Below, piece after piece: positions 8,726-17,447 of a stretch of DNA of 32,000 nucleotides. The translations under genes and the position numbers were made by a program. Source of the DNA: Parasynechococcus marenigrum WH 8102 (GTDB lineage: Bacteria > Cyanobacteriota > Cyanobacteriia > PCC-6307 > Cyanobiaceae); the NCBI RefSeq assembly GCF_000195975.1, contig NC_005070.1, positions 600,001 through 632,000 of the forward strand, given 5' to 3'. The first letter of the stretch is position 1. The number at the start of each line of letters is the position of its first letter. The notes under the pieces are model-generated. The model did not search any database. It worked only from the letters and a program-made list of their open reading frames with translations, and was not told the DNA's origin.

Positions 8726-9927
8726 TGCCCGACCTGCCCACCCGTCGTTTTGGCCGCACGGAGTTGCCCATTCCGTTGCTCTCCTTGGGCGGAATGCGCT
8801 TTCAGCAGAGCTGGACCGATCTGCCGGCATCGGAGATCACGTCTGACTCCCAAAACAACCTGCAGGCGACTCTCCAGCGCGCCACGCAGTTAGGCCTGCA
8901 TCACATTGAGACCGCGCGTCACTACGGCAGCTCCGAACGCCAGTTGGGCTGGGCTTTTCCCACAACGCCAGACCCGACACGGATCCTGCAAAGCAAGGTG
9001 CCGCCCCGGGAAGATCCTGATGCCTTCGAGGCCGAGCTGGCCCTCAGCTTTGAGCGGCTTGGCTGTCAGCGTCTCGACCTGCTGGCCATTCACGGCATCA
9101 ACCTGCCGGAGCATCTGGAGCAGACCCTTCGTCCCGGCGGATGCATGGAGGTGGTGCGTCGCTGGCAAGCCGATGGACGCATTGGCCATGTGGGCTTCTC
9201 CACCCACGGTCCGACAGACGTGATCGTCGCCAGCTGCAACAGCGGTGCCTTCGACTACATGAATGTCCACTGGTATTACATCCGCCAAGACAACTCGCCT
9301 GCCCTGGATGCAGCGCAGCGGCAGGACATGGGGGTGTTCATCATCAGTCCCACCGACAAAGGCGGTCACCTGCACACACCATCACAACGTCTGCTCGAGT
9401 TGTGCGACCCCGTGCATCCCATCGTCTTCAACGATCTCTTCTGTCTGCGTGACCCCCGCGTGCACACCATCAGTGTTGGGGCGGCCCGACCGTCGGATCT
9501 TGACCTGCACCTTGAGGCCGTTGGTCTCCTCGATCACGCCGATGCGCTGATTGCGCCGGTGCATGCGCGGCTGCGGCAGGCGGCTATGGAAACCCTGGGA
9601 GAGGCCTGGCTGAACAGCTGGCGGACAGGGCTTCCTACTTGGCAGGACACGCCGGGAGACATCAATCTTCCGGTGCTGCTGTGGCTGCACAACCTGCTTG
9701 AAGCCTGGGATCTTGAGAGTTATGCCAGGGCCCGTTACCGGTTGCTGGGCAGTGGTGGCCATTGGTTCGCGGGCTCCAATGCCGATGCCCTCGATGCGGG
9801 GGTCTCGATCGCCGAGCTGGATGTGGTATTGCATGCCAGTCCATGGCGTCAGCAGATTCCCGACATCCTGCGCTCGCTCAAGACCAGGCTGGCGGGGGAG
9901 GCGCAGATGCGTCTCAGCAGCGTTTGA
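8725..9927 (+). CDS. Aldo/keto reductase family oxidoreductase
   Basis: RRFGRTELPIPLLSLGGMRF and HIETARHYGSSE blocks typical of AKRs. ATG 8725 overlaps the ferredoxin TGA by 1 nt (the track starts at TTG 8722). Confidence 0.85.
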   Translation: MPDLPTRRFGRTELPIPLLSLGGMRFQQSWTDLPASEITSDSQNNLQATLQRATQLGLHHIETARHYGSSERQLGWAFPTTPDPTRILQSKVPPREDPDAFEAELALSFERLGCQRLDLLAIHGINLPEHLEQTLRPGGCMEVVRRWQADGRIGHVGFSTHGPTDVIVASCNSGAFDYMNVHWYYIRQDNSPALDAAQRQDMGVFIISPTDKGGHLHTPSQRLLELCDPVHPIVFNDLFCLRDPRVHTISVGAARPSDLDLHLEAVGLLDHADALIAPVHARLRQAAMETLGEAWLNSWRTGLPTWQDTPGDINLPVLLWLHNLLEAWDLESYARARYRLLGSGGHWFAGSNADALDAGVSIAELDVVLHASPWRQQIPDILRSLKTRLAGEAQMRLSSV

Positions 9928-10674
9928 TTACCCCCCCAGCGGTTGCCGGCTGGGAACACCGACAGCGCGCGGAAACTGTCTGGGACAGGGGCTGACCGGC
10001 TGGAGTCTGATCAGGTGGCGCACGCCGCGCTCCGCTGGCAGCTGGCAGTGCTGGCTGGAGCTCAGTTGTGCGTTCAGGGGGACCAGGGCCCGTTTCAGCT
10101 GACGTAGATCCGTATCCCCCCACTGGCCGCGGTACAGCAAGGCGTTCCCATCGGGTTTCAGCAGCGGTACGAGGTATTCCGCCACCACCGGTGCAGCCGC
10201 CACTGCCCGCGCCATCGCCAGATCGAAGCCTCCTCGCAGCGTCCTGTCATGGCCTGCGCTTTCGATGCGATCGGTTCGCACGCTGACCCGGTCACTCAGT
10301 CCCAGGTCGTTAACCATGGCCTGGACTGCAGCGGTCTTGCGGCCGACGGAATCCAGCAACGTCATCCGGGCGCCGGGCATGGCGATGGCCACAGCCAGTC
10401 CTGGAAATCCGCCCCCGGTGCCCACATCAATGGCAAGCCGGCTCTGATGAGGACTGCGCAGTTCCGTCTGCAGCGGCCAGAGGCTGTCGAACACCTGGTT
10501 GATCCAGTAGTCGTCCCCCTCCACCAGACGCGTCAGGTTGACCCGGCTGTTCCAGCTGCGCAGCAGATCCTGAAGGGCTTTCAGCTGCCCCAGTTGCGCA
10601 GGCTCTGGAGTCCAGCCGAGCGCCTCCCAGAACGCGGCTCCCGGCAAGGAGTCGGGCATGGGGTGCTGCTGCAA
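9928..10674 (-). CDS. rsmG: 16S rRNA (guanine527-N7)-methyltransferase RsmG (GidB)
   Basis: NLTRL block, SAM motif [16 protein letters not shown] and the overall RsmG layout. Its stop abuts the AKR stop (convergent, 0-nt gap). Confidence 0.9.
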   Translation of the reverse strand: MQQHPMPDSLPGAAFWEALGWTPEPAQLGQLKALQDLLRSWNSRVNLTRLVEGDDYWINQVFDSLWPLQTELRSPHQSRLAIDVGTGGGFPGLAVAIAMPGARMTLLDSVGRKTAAVQAMVNDLGLSDRVSVRTDRIESAGHDRTLRGGFDLAMARAVAAAPVVAEYLVPLLKPDGNALLYRGQWGDTDLRQLKRALVPLNAQLSSSQHCQLPAERGVRHLIRLQPVSPCPRQFPRAVGVPSRQPLGG

Positions 10675-10685
10675 CTCTTCCTAGG

Positions 10686-11225
10686 ATGAATGACCGGCAG
10701 ACCCCTGTGTCCGAGCCCGACCTCAGTCACTACGAGCGGTTGGGGGTGTCCACTCAGGCGTCCCAGGCCAGTCTTCGGCAGGCTTTTCGCCGTCGCAGCA
10801 AGGCGTTGCATCCAGACACCACCACACTCCCGGTGGCTGAGGCGGCCAAGAATTTCCAGCAGCTCAAGGAGTCCTACGAATTCTTGGCAGATCCCGAGCG
10901 CCGTCGTCATTACGACGAGCAATTGCGGCAACGCTTGCAACCGCAACGACCTGCTGCCCCGCAGCCCACCGACACCGTTGACCAATGGGATGGCATCGGA
11001 GAGCGCCGGCCCCTGTCTGGTGGAGAGTGGACAGCGTTGTTGTTGCTGGGCCTGGCACTGCTGCTCAGCCTCGTTGTGGGGCTTGGTGTTGCAGGTGTTC
11101 AGGGGCGAGCCTGGCAGGTGTCACCCGATTGGTTGTCCGATGTCTCTTCAGCCCCCATCGAACACCCCGCTGAATCAGCATTCCATCAGGGCGCTGGAGG
11201 ATTGGCTCATCAGCCTCAACGCTGA
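10686..11225 (+). CDS. J-domain (DnaJ-like) membrane-anchored protein
   Basis: J-domain YERLGV....S...LRQAFRRRSKALHPDT with the HPD tripeptide, followed by one TM helix (WTALLLLGLALLLSLVVGLGVAGV). Confidence 0.8.
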   Translation: MNDRQTPVSEPDLSHYERLGVSTQASQASLRQAFRRRSKALHPDTTTLPVAEAAKNFQQLKESYEFLADPERRRHYDEQLRQRLQPQRPAAPQPTDTVDQWDGIGERRPLSGGEWTALLLLGLALLLSLVVGLGVAGVQGRAWQVSPDWLSDVSSAPIEHPAESAFHQGAGGLAHQPQR

Positions 11226-11409
11226 GCGGATCGATGGGGATCCCTGCCGTTGGGCCCTCACCAGGCCCGACTGGTCTGCCGAGATCCTGCTAGCGCGCGA
11301 AGACGTAGTGGTGATCTGGCAGCAGCCTGGTGCTGAGGAGAGTCGCTGCTCGTTGCCCTACGGCCTCTCCCGTGCCGATGTGACGGCGGCCATTCAGGCC
11401 GGCCCGTAA
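11140..11409 (+). CDS. DUF3143-family protein
   Basis: Only the C-terminal 89 aa of track ORF 10690..11409 look real: MSLQPPSNTPLNQHSIRALEDWLISL...RPDWSAEILL...LPYGLSRADVTAAIQAGP, matching my recollection of DUF3143. It overlaps the J-domain gene 3' end by 86 nt in another frame. Confidence 0.7.
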   Translation: MSLQPPSNTPLNQHSIRALEDWLISLNAERIDGDPCRWALTRPDWSAEILLAREDVVVIWQQPGAEESRCSLPYGLSRADVTAAIQAGP

Positions 11410-11437
11410 GCAGCTTCAACCTGCAGGCCGATGGTCG

Positions 11438-12748
11438 TTAGATTTGATCCAGAGCCGTGGCGATGGCCTTGTAGCACTGGCCCAGCTGATCGTTGCTGAT
11501 GCACAGCGGTGGCAGCAGGTACACCACCTGTCCCAGGGGGCGCAGGAACACCCCATGCTCCAGGGCGATCCGTTTGATGGTGGGCCCGGCTGGATTGAGA
11601 TAGCCGGCATCGCCGCTGACGCTCAGGTCGAAGGCCGCCACCGTGCCGGTCAGCCGGCAGCGCGTCACGTTCGGATGGGCCCGCAGTTGTTCCAGATGGG
11701 GGCGATGCCGTGCTTCGAACCCTCGGAACTGGTCGGGGTCCTGCTGCAGCAGATCAAGGCTGGCGTTGGCCGCTGCGCAACCCAGCGGATTGGCGGTGAA
11801 ACTGTGGCCGTGCCAGAGGGTCAGGCTGGGGTCTGCCCCAACAAAAGCTGAGAAGACCCGTTCACTGGCCATGGTCACGCCCATGGGCAGACAACCGCCG
11901 GTCAGGCCTTTTGAGAGGGCCATCAGATCTGGCTGAATCCCGGCTCGGTGGCAGGCGAACCAGTCGCCGCAACGGCCGAATCCGGTCAACACTTCATCGG
12001 CGATCAGCAGGGCGCCTGCCTGCCGTACCAACATCTCCACCTGCCTGAGGAAGGTGCCACGCACCATCGCCATCCCGCCGGCACCCTGGAGCAACGGCTC
12101 CAGGATCACCGCGGCGGTCGGTTGCTGCAGCGTGGTCTCCAGCACGGCCAGGGCCGCCTGTTCCCTGGCGTCCACATCGGGGTCATCCCACCAGGTGGCG
12201 GGCCATGGACAACGGGCAACGGGGAACAGCTTGTCGTCGAAGGGTTCGCTGAACAGGTTGCGTTCGCCCACGGCCATGGCACCGAAAGTGTCGCCGTGAT
12301 AAGCGCCGTCAAAGGCCACGATCTGGTGCCGCGGTTCGCCACGGTTCACCCACCACTGACAGGCGATCTTCAGCGCCACCTCCACAGCTGTGGAACCGTT
12401 GTCGGAGAAAAACAGCCGATCAAGTCCCGTGAGCTTGCTGAGCCGCTCCCCCAGACGTTCCGCCGGTTCATGGGTGAAATCAGCAAAAATCACCTGTTCG
12501 AGGCGGGCGGCCTGATCGGCAATGGCCTTGGCCATCACCGGGTGACCATGGCCGTGCAGCGTCACCCACCAGCTGCTGATGGCATCGATCAGGGGAATGC
12601 CCTGTTCCCGCAGCAACAGGGCTCCATCCCCGGCGATGACCCGTTGCGGCAGCGGTGCCGATTCGATTTGCGTGAACGGCGGCCAGAGGTTGGGATGTCG
12701 TGACTGATCAGCCGTTGTCCTCATGGCGGCCTGGGCATCTTTTGTCAT
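11438..12748 (-). CDS. bioA: Adenosylmethionine-8-amino-7-oxononanoate aminotransferase
   Basis: LWPPFTQ, IDAISSWWVTLHGHGHP, FFSDNGSTAVEVALK, DEVLTGFGR blocks of BioA. The start is placed at ATG 12748 (MTKDAQ) or 12724. The track extension to 13114 is low-complexity R/P/S/A and was rejected. Confidence 0.92.
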   Translation of the reverse strand: MTKDAQAAMRTTADQSRHPNLWPPFTQIESAPLPQRVIAGDGALLLREQGIPLIDAISSWWVTLHGHGHPVMAKAIADQAARLEQVIFADFTHEPAERLGERLSKLTGLDRLFFSDNGSTAVEVALKIACQWWVNRGEPRHQIVAFDGAYHGDTFGAMAVGERNLFSEPFDDKLFPVARCPWPATWWDDPDVDAREQAALAVLETTLQQPTAAVILEPLLQGAGGMAMVRGTFLRQVEMLVRQAGALLIADEVLTGFGRCGDWFACHRAGIQPDLMALSKGLTGGCLPMGVTMASERVFSAFVGADPSLTLWHGHSFTANPLGCAAANASLDLLQQDPDQFRGFEARHRPHLEQLRAHPNVTRCRLTGTVAAFDLSVSGDAGYLNPAGPTIKRIALEHGVFLRPLGQVVYLLPPLCISNDQLGQCYKAIATALDQI

Positions 12749-12777
12749 ATTGGACCTCGGAGCCGCAGCGCCACTCC

Positions 12778-13053
12778 ATGGCCATGACGCGAACTCGAGG
12801 GCTGTCCAAGCGATTTGTTCCTGCGGCTGGGGCTGGAACGGCGGCCGTCGGCCTTGATGGACAGCGGAGTGAGGTGTTTGCAGAGGGCGGCTGGCCCTCC
12901 ATTCGCGTGTTTCTGGAGATGCGTGGGTGGTCTCCCCTGCAGATCGATCAGATTCACGAGCAGTTGCGACAAGGCTGGCCGCTGTCCCAGGCCGTTCGTC
13001 AGGTATCGATCCGGATGGGAACGTGCCCTCTGCGTTCGAAATCCCTCGGCTGA
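12778..13053 (+). CDS. Hypothetical 91-aa protein, opposite strand between the bioD-distal small ORF and bioA
   Basis: The plus frame (MAMTRTRGLSKRF...GGWPSIRVFLEMRGWSPLQIDQIHEQLRQGWPLSQAVRQV...) is the only protein-like frame in this 305-nt gap. No family recognised. Confidence 0.3.
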   Translation: MAMTRTRGLSKRFVPAAGAGTAAVGLDGQRSEVFAEGGWPSIRVFLEMRGWSPLQIDQIHEQLRQGWPLSQAVRQVSIRMGTCPLRSKSLG

Positions 13054-13209
13054 TCAGCGGCAGATTTGGCTGCTTTTCTGTGCATCTGTGGCGATCGGAC
13101 CGCAGTTGACCCAACGCACCAGCATCTGTTCAACATCGGTGAACAACACCAGAATTCCTCCGCAGAGGATCACCAGCACCAAGCTGATCAGGGATTGGGG
13201 TGGCTTCAT
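13054..13209 (-). CDS. Hypothetical 51-aa single-TM peptide translationally coupled to bioD
   Basis: Hand-translated: MKPPQSLISLVLVILCGGILVLFTDVEQMLVRWVNCGPIATDAQKSSQICR. Its ATG overlaps the bioD TGA as ATGA (13206-13209), the same junction type as the three preceding operon junctions. Confidence 0.4.
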   Translation of the reverse strand: MKPPQSLISLVLVILCGGILVLFTDVEQMLVRWVNCGPIATDAQKSSQICR

Positions 13210-13865
13210 TGCTGCTGGATGGCGAGCAGATCCTGGAACTTAGAGCTCAATCCCTGGTGTTGCCATTCCCTGGCGAGGGACTCAGCCGTCAGTGGGGACA
13301 GTGTCGGCAGATGGGCCAGAACCGGCACACCACCGAACTGTTCGAGGGTGCCGGGATTGTCGGCATGGGCCGGCCCGTTGAGGATCAGTCCCAGCACCGT
13401 CAGCTGACGACGGTTGAGGGCCTCCAGGCTCAGCAGTGTGTGGTTCAGGGTGCCGAGTCCGCTGCGGGCCACCAGGACGATCGGTCGATCCCAGCGCTGC
13501 AGCTGATCGATCTGCAGCCATCGCCGCGTTAACGGCACCATCAATCCGCCTGCGGTCTCCACCACCAAGGGCGCCGTGCAATGGGGAACGACCAGGTCAT
13601 CCGGGTTGAGGGGGATACCGTCCAGCTCAGCGGCCCAATGGGGTGAAACCGGCTGGTGAAAGGCATAGGCCTCGGGCAACATGCGATCGGGTGGAAGGTT
13701 GAGCAGGGACTGCACCCGTCCGCGATCGCCGCCGTCCTCTAGGCCGCTTTGAACCGGCTTCCAATAGTGAGCATTCAGGCCCTGCACCAGCCAGGCACTG
13801 ACGACCGTTTTGCCGACATCGGTGTCGGTGCCGCAGACCACGATCTGGGGAGATGGATGATTCAT
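13206..13865 (-). CDS. bioD: Dethiobiotin synthetase
   Basis: P-loop VCGTDTDVGKT and the general BioD layout. ATG 13865 overlaps the bioC stop (ATGA); the upstream track extension was rejected. Confidence 0.9.
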   Translation of the reverse strand: MNHPSPQIVVCGTDTDVGKTVVSAWLVQGLNAHYWKPVQSGLEDGGDRGRVQSLLNLPPDRMLPEAYAFHQPVSPHWAAELDGIPLNPDDLVVPHCTAPLVVETAGGLMVPLTRRWLQIDQLQRWDRPIVLVARSGLGTLNHTLLSLEALNRRQLTVLGLILNGPAHADNPGTLEQFGGVPVLAHLPTLSPLTAESLAREWQHQGLSSKFQDLLAIQQQ

Positions 13866-14608
13866 CGCTGCAGCATCAGGCTCAGTACGTGCCAGGTGAG
13901 GCTCGGGGTCTCCGCATCCGGCCAGGCACGCGCCAGACGGCGCCACTGACTGGGCCCCAGACCAGGGTGGGTGCTGGAGCTGGCCCCGATGGTGCGCATC
14001 GGACGCAGCAGCTCAAGAGGCCGTTGCGCTCGGCGGCTGAAGCAATGCAGTCGTTGATGTCGCACGGCAGAGCGAGGAACAACGTTCAGGAGATCATCGA
14101 CTTCAGGGAAGCGCAGGGCTGTGCAGGGCAGTTGGGCCCGTTCGGCGGCCTGATGCCATTGCTGAAAACTGCCGGCAACGGGAACGGCAACAACCAGCCA
14201 GCCCCCTTCGGCCAGACGTTCATACCAGTGCTGCAGGAAGGTTGCTGGGCTGGTCAGCCAGTGCAGAACGAAGCTGGAACTCAGCAGCACCGGCGCTGAA
14301 CTCCAGTTGGGCAGCGGCTGATTCAGATCAAGGCAGCAGGTTCTGGCGGTTGGGTGATGACGGCGCAGCATGGCGTCGCTGCCGTCGACTCGCAGCACCG
14401 TCTGACCCGGATGCAGACGTTCCAGATCATCCGCCAGCAGACCCGTTCCACTGCCCAGATCCACCCAGAACCCCCGGGGAATGCTCTGACGGCGGCACCG
14501 TTCAGCCAGTTGTCTGGCCATGGATTGCTGGAGGTTGGCGGCACCGTCGTAACGATCAGCGGATCGACCGAAGCGCTCCACAACCCGTTGGCTCCAGGTG
14601 TTCGTCAT
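13862..14608 (-). CDS. bioC: Malonyl-ACP O-methyltransferase
   Basis: FGRSADRYDGAANLQQ N-terminus, SAM motif VDLGSGTG and LRPMRTIGA block, parallel to E. coli BioC. Confidence 0.85.
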   Translation of the reverse strand: MTNTWSQRVVERFGRSADRYDGAANLQQSMARQLAERCRRQSIPRGFWVDLGSGTGLLADDLERLHPGQTVLRVDGSDAMLRRHHPTARTCCLDLNQPLPNWSSAPVLLSSSFVLHWLTSPATFLQHWYERLAEGGWLVVAVPVAGSFQQWHQAAERAQLPCTALRFPEVDDLLNVVPRSAVRHQRLHCFSRRAQRPLELLRPMRTIGASSSTHPGLGPSQWRRLARAWPDAETPSLTWHVLSLMLQR

Positions 14609-15294
14609 GGATTGCCTGCCCAGCGCACCACCAGATCCAGCACCGCCGGTGTCACCACGGCATGACCCTCATCAGGGCGGAGCCGGTGGTCTGTGCGCGA
14701 CGGGGGCAGGGCCTGCAGCAGTTGCGTGCGGCTGTCCGGGCAGACAATGGCGTCCTGCTCCCCCTGCACCACCAGCACCGATGCTCCCTCAGGCCAGCCG
14801 TCTGGCAGGCTCTGGCACTGCTGAAGCAGCACCAAATCATCCTGAAGCCGCTGGCGGCCAGAAGGATGCATGCCGCGCAGCAGCGGATTGTTCGGCAGGG
14901 CCGAGAGCGGCAGAGGCGAGGCGCAGCGGCTCAGGAATTTCCGCAGCATCGCTGGTTCGTCCGACGTCCCCAGGCAGGAGGCCATGCCCTTCAGCGCCAC
15001 CCCCAGGGCCCGTCCGGCCGCTCCTGCTGGAACAAAGGCTGCAAAGCCCGCCAGGCTCACCACGGCATCCGCTTGTTGAAGCACCTTCTCCGGCAGCAGA
15101 TGGAGTCCCAGGGAGTGGGCGATCACGAGGCGCTGACCCGGCAGCTCTGCCCAGCTGGGCTGGTGGGGCTCACGCTGTCCATAGCCCCGTTCAATGGCAT
15201 CCCAGTGCCAGCCTCGGGCCTCAAACCGCTGCTGCCAGGCCCGCCAGACCGTTGCATCCCCAGCCCAACCATGGGCGGCGATCACCTGATTCAT
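14605..15294 (-). CDS. Alpha/beta-hydrolase, probable pimeloyl-ACP methyl ester esterase (BioH-replacing, BioK-like)
   Basis: 229 aa with nucleophile elbow AHSLG and candidate acid/His residues (GEQD, DEGH). It sits between bioF and bioC with ATGA overlaps on both sides. Function is inferred from operon context. Confidence 0.75.
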   Translation of the reverse strand: MNQVIAAHGWAGDATVWRAWQQRFEARGWHWDAIERGYGQREPHQPSWAELPGQRLVIAHSLGLHLLPEKVLQQADAVVSLAGFAAFVPAGAAGRALGVALKGMASCLGTSDEPAMLRKFLSRCASPLPLSALPNNPLLRGMHPSGRQRLQDDLVLLQQCQSLPDGWPEGASVLVVQGEQDAIVCPDSRTQLLQALPPSRTDHRLRPDEGHAVVTPAVLDLVVRWAGNP

Positions 15295-16439
15295 GGGGAG
15301 GGGAGGGCCTTGAGCAGCTGTTCCACCGTCTCATTAGGCAGGTCCCGGCGCAGCACCAGCCGCAGCCGAGCCGTCCCCTCCGGAACGGAGGGCGGCCGGA
15401 TCGCCACACTCAGCAACCCGTGCTCTTCCAGAACCGCCTGAGCGGCGAGGGCCGCGGTATCGCTGCCCAGCAGCAAGGGCAGCACGGGTCCCACCCCCGC
15501 AGGTCGTGACCAGCCTTGGCCCTCCAGGGCATCCCGCCAGTGGCTCGCCCGCTGCTGCAGCTGTTGACTCCAGTGCGGATGGGATCGGATCAGGTCCAGT
15601 GCCGTCTGTGCACCGGCCACCAGGGGTGGGGCCAAGGCAGTGGTGTAACGGAAGGCGCCACTGGTCTGCAGCAAGGCGTCGCCGAGATCGGCATCACAGG
15701 CCAGGAAGGCGCCGCCGCTGCCGAAGGCTTTGCCGAAGGTCCCACTGATCAGTCGCACCGGTTCGATGCCAAAGCAGAGGCCGCGACCCTCCGCTCCCAG
15801 TACCCCGAGGGCATGGGCTTCATCCATCAGCAGATCGGCCCCAAATCGTTGGCACACTGCAGCCAGAGCTGCCACATCCGGGCTGGTGCCCTCCATGCTG
15901 AACAGGCTTTCGCTGAGCACCACCAGGGATCCCGGCTGCCCTGCCATGGCCTGCAACCGCCGCTCGAGATCCGTCAGATCGTTGTGCTGGAAGCGCTGCA
16001 GACGGGCACCGCTGGCCCGCACGCCCACCAGAAGCGAGTGGTGAATCAGTCGATCGGCCAGAACCGTGGTGTGCCGGTCAGCCAGGATGCAGACGGCAGC
16101 GAGGTTCGCCTGGAAGCCACTGGGAAACAGCAAGACGCAGCTTCGTCCAAGCCAGTCGGCCAGGTCTGCCTCGAAACGCGCGTGACACGGCCGGCTGCCG
16201 GTGACCAGCCGTGACGCACCAGCCCCAACGCCGTCGCGATGGAGGGCTTCGGTAGCGGCGTCGATCACCGCCGGATGACGGCTGAGACCGAGGTAATCAT
16301 TGCTGGCCAGATCCAGCAGGGGTTGTTGCTCGGTCTCGGCCCGCTGCAGAGTCCAGGGAAGATCAGCGCTGCTCCAGGTGTGCAGCGTGCGGCGGCGTGC
16401 TGGATCCTGAGATGCCATGGCATCAGTCTGGGCGGTCAC
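15291..16439 (-). CDS. bioF: 8-amino-7-oxononanoate synthase
   Basis: LDLASNDYLGLSRHP, DEAHALG and PLP-lysine block SGTFGKAFGSGGA. Confidence 0.92.
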   Translation of the reverse strand: MTAQTDAMASQDPARRRTLHTWSSADLPWTLQRAETEQQPLLDLASNDYLGLSRHPAVIDAATEALHRDGVGAGASRLVTGSRPCHARFEADLADWLGRSCVLLFPSGFQANLAAVCILADRHTTVLADRLIHHSLLVGVRASGARLQRFQHNDLTDLERRLQAMAGQPGSLVVLSESLFSMEGTSPDVAALAAVCQRFGADLLMDEAHALGVLGAEGRGLCFGIEPVRLISGTFGKAFGSGGAFLACDADLGDALLQTSGAFRYTTALAPPLVAGAQTALDLIRSHPHWSQQLQQRASHWRDALEGQGWSRPAGVGPVLPLLLGSDTAALAAQAVLEEHGLLSVAIRPPSVPEGTARLRLVLRRDLPNETVEQLLKALPSP

Positions 16440-16472
16440 CGGCGATCAGGATGGGTGTTTCGTTGGCCGGTG

Positions 16473-17420
16473 ATGTCCCTCGAGCGATTCACCACGCTGT
16501 TTCCGCTCTGGACGCTGCTTGGATCTCTGCTGGCGTTGCTGCACCCTCCATTGTTCGTCTGGTTTCGTGGACCACTGATCACCATCGGCTTGGGGGTGAT
16601 CATGTTGGGGATGGGCCTGGGCCTGACACCGCGAGACTTTCTGCGGGTCAGCCGACAGCCTCGAGCTGTGATCCTGGGGGTGGCGGCCCAGTTTCTGGTG
16701 ATGCCCAGCTTGGCTGCTGCGATTGCCGTGTTGCTGCAGCTGCCGGCACCCTTGGCTGTCGGTTTGATCCTTGTGGGCTGCTGTCCGGGGGGGACCGCCA
16801 GCAATGTGGTGACGCTGATCGCCAAGGGGGATGTGGCCTTGTCGGTGGTGATGACCAGCATCAGCACCATGGCGGCTGTGGTGCTGACGCCACGGCTCAC
16901 GGAACTTCTGGCCAGCCAGTACGTGCCGGTGGATGGTTGGTTGCTGCTGCTGAGGGTGCTGCAGGTGGTGCTGGTGCCCGTGGCCTGCGGGGTGCTGCTG
17001 AAACAGGGGGTGCCCAGGCTGGCCAATCGCGTTGAGCCGGTCATGCCTCCGATTGCTGTGGTGGCCATCGTGCTGATCGTGGCCAGCGTGGTGGGAAGTC
17101 AGCGCCAGCTGCTGCTGGAGCAGGGGGCGCTGTTGCTGCTGGCCTGTCTGCTGCTCCATGGCGGAGGCTTCCTGCTGGGCTTTCTGATGGCTCGTTTGGT
17201 CGGTGCCTCCAGCCAGGCCCAGTGCACCATCAGCATTGAGGTGGGCATGCAGAACTCTGGTCTGGCGGTTGTTCTGGCTCGTACGGGCGGCTTCTCCAGT
17301 CCGCTGACGGCTCTGCCTGGAGCAATCTCAGCTGTGGTCCACTGCCTGCTGGGCAGCGCCCTGGCCGCCGTTTGGCGTCGATCCGACCATGCAGAGGTCC
17401 TCAACAGCTCACATCCCTAG
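16473..17420 (+). CDS. Bile acid:sodium symporter (BASS) family transporter
   Basis: LGMGLGLTPRDF, FLVMP, GCCPGGTASNV, EVGMQNSGLA blocks. ATG 16473 (MSLERF) is preferred over the track start 16239, which runs antisense into bioF. Confidence 0.88.
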   Translation: MSLERFTTLFPLWTLLGSLLALLHPPLFVWFRGPLITIGLGVIMLGMGLGLTPRDFLRVSRQPRAVILGVAAQFLVMPSLAAAIAVLLQLPAPLAVGLILVGCCPGGTASNVVTLIAKGDVALSVVMTSISTMAAVVLTPRLTELLASQYVPVDGWLLLLRVLQVVLVPVACGVLLKQGVPRLANRVEPVMPPIAVVAIVLIVASVVGSQRQLLLEQGALLLLACLLLHGGGFLLGFLMARLVGASSQAQCTISIEVGMQNSGLAVVLARTGGFSSPLTALPGAISAVVHCLLGSALAAVWRRSDHAEVLNSSHP

Positions 17421-17447
17421 GATTCGTCTAGGTGTTCAGGGCCCGTG

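Noticed and set aside
10690-11139. First 150 codons of track ORF 10690..11409
   Set aside because: This is an off-frame shadow of the J-domain gene (R/P/S/C-rich). Only the segment from ATG 11140 onward resembles DUF3143.
13020-13050. tRNA T-arm-like string gcgttcgaaatccc
   Set aside because: It has an extra base relative to the GGTTCGAATCC consensus. No acceptor stem, anticodon arm or D-arm can be drawn around it. No tRNA was found elsewhere either.
12749-13114. Upstream extension of the bioA ORF (track start 13114)
   Set aside because: The extra 122 aa are low-complexity (R/P/S/A/T) and have no counterpart in BioA proteins. BioA-like sequence begins just after ATG 12748.
14242-15509. Two long plus-strand ORFs (399 aa and 303 aa) across the bioC/esterase/bioF region
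   Set aside because: They are antisense to three well-supported biotin genes. The translations are P/A/R/G-rich with no domain-like features, which is typical of GC-driven open frames.
16436-17159. His/Gln-rich 237-aa and 210-aa minus-strand ORFs
   Set aside because: They are antisense to the BASS transporter. Its CTG/GTG-rich Leu/Val codons read as CAG/CAC (Gln/His) on the other strand, which fully explains the odd composition.
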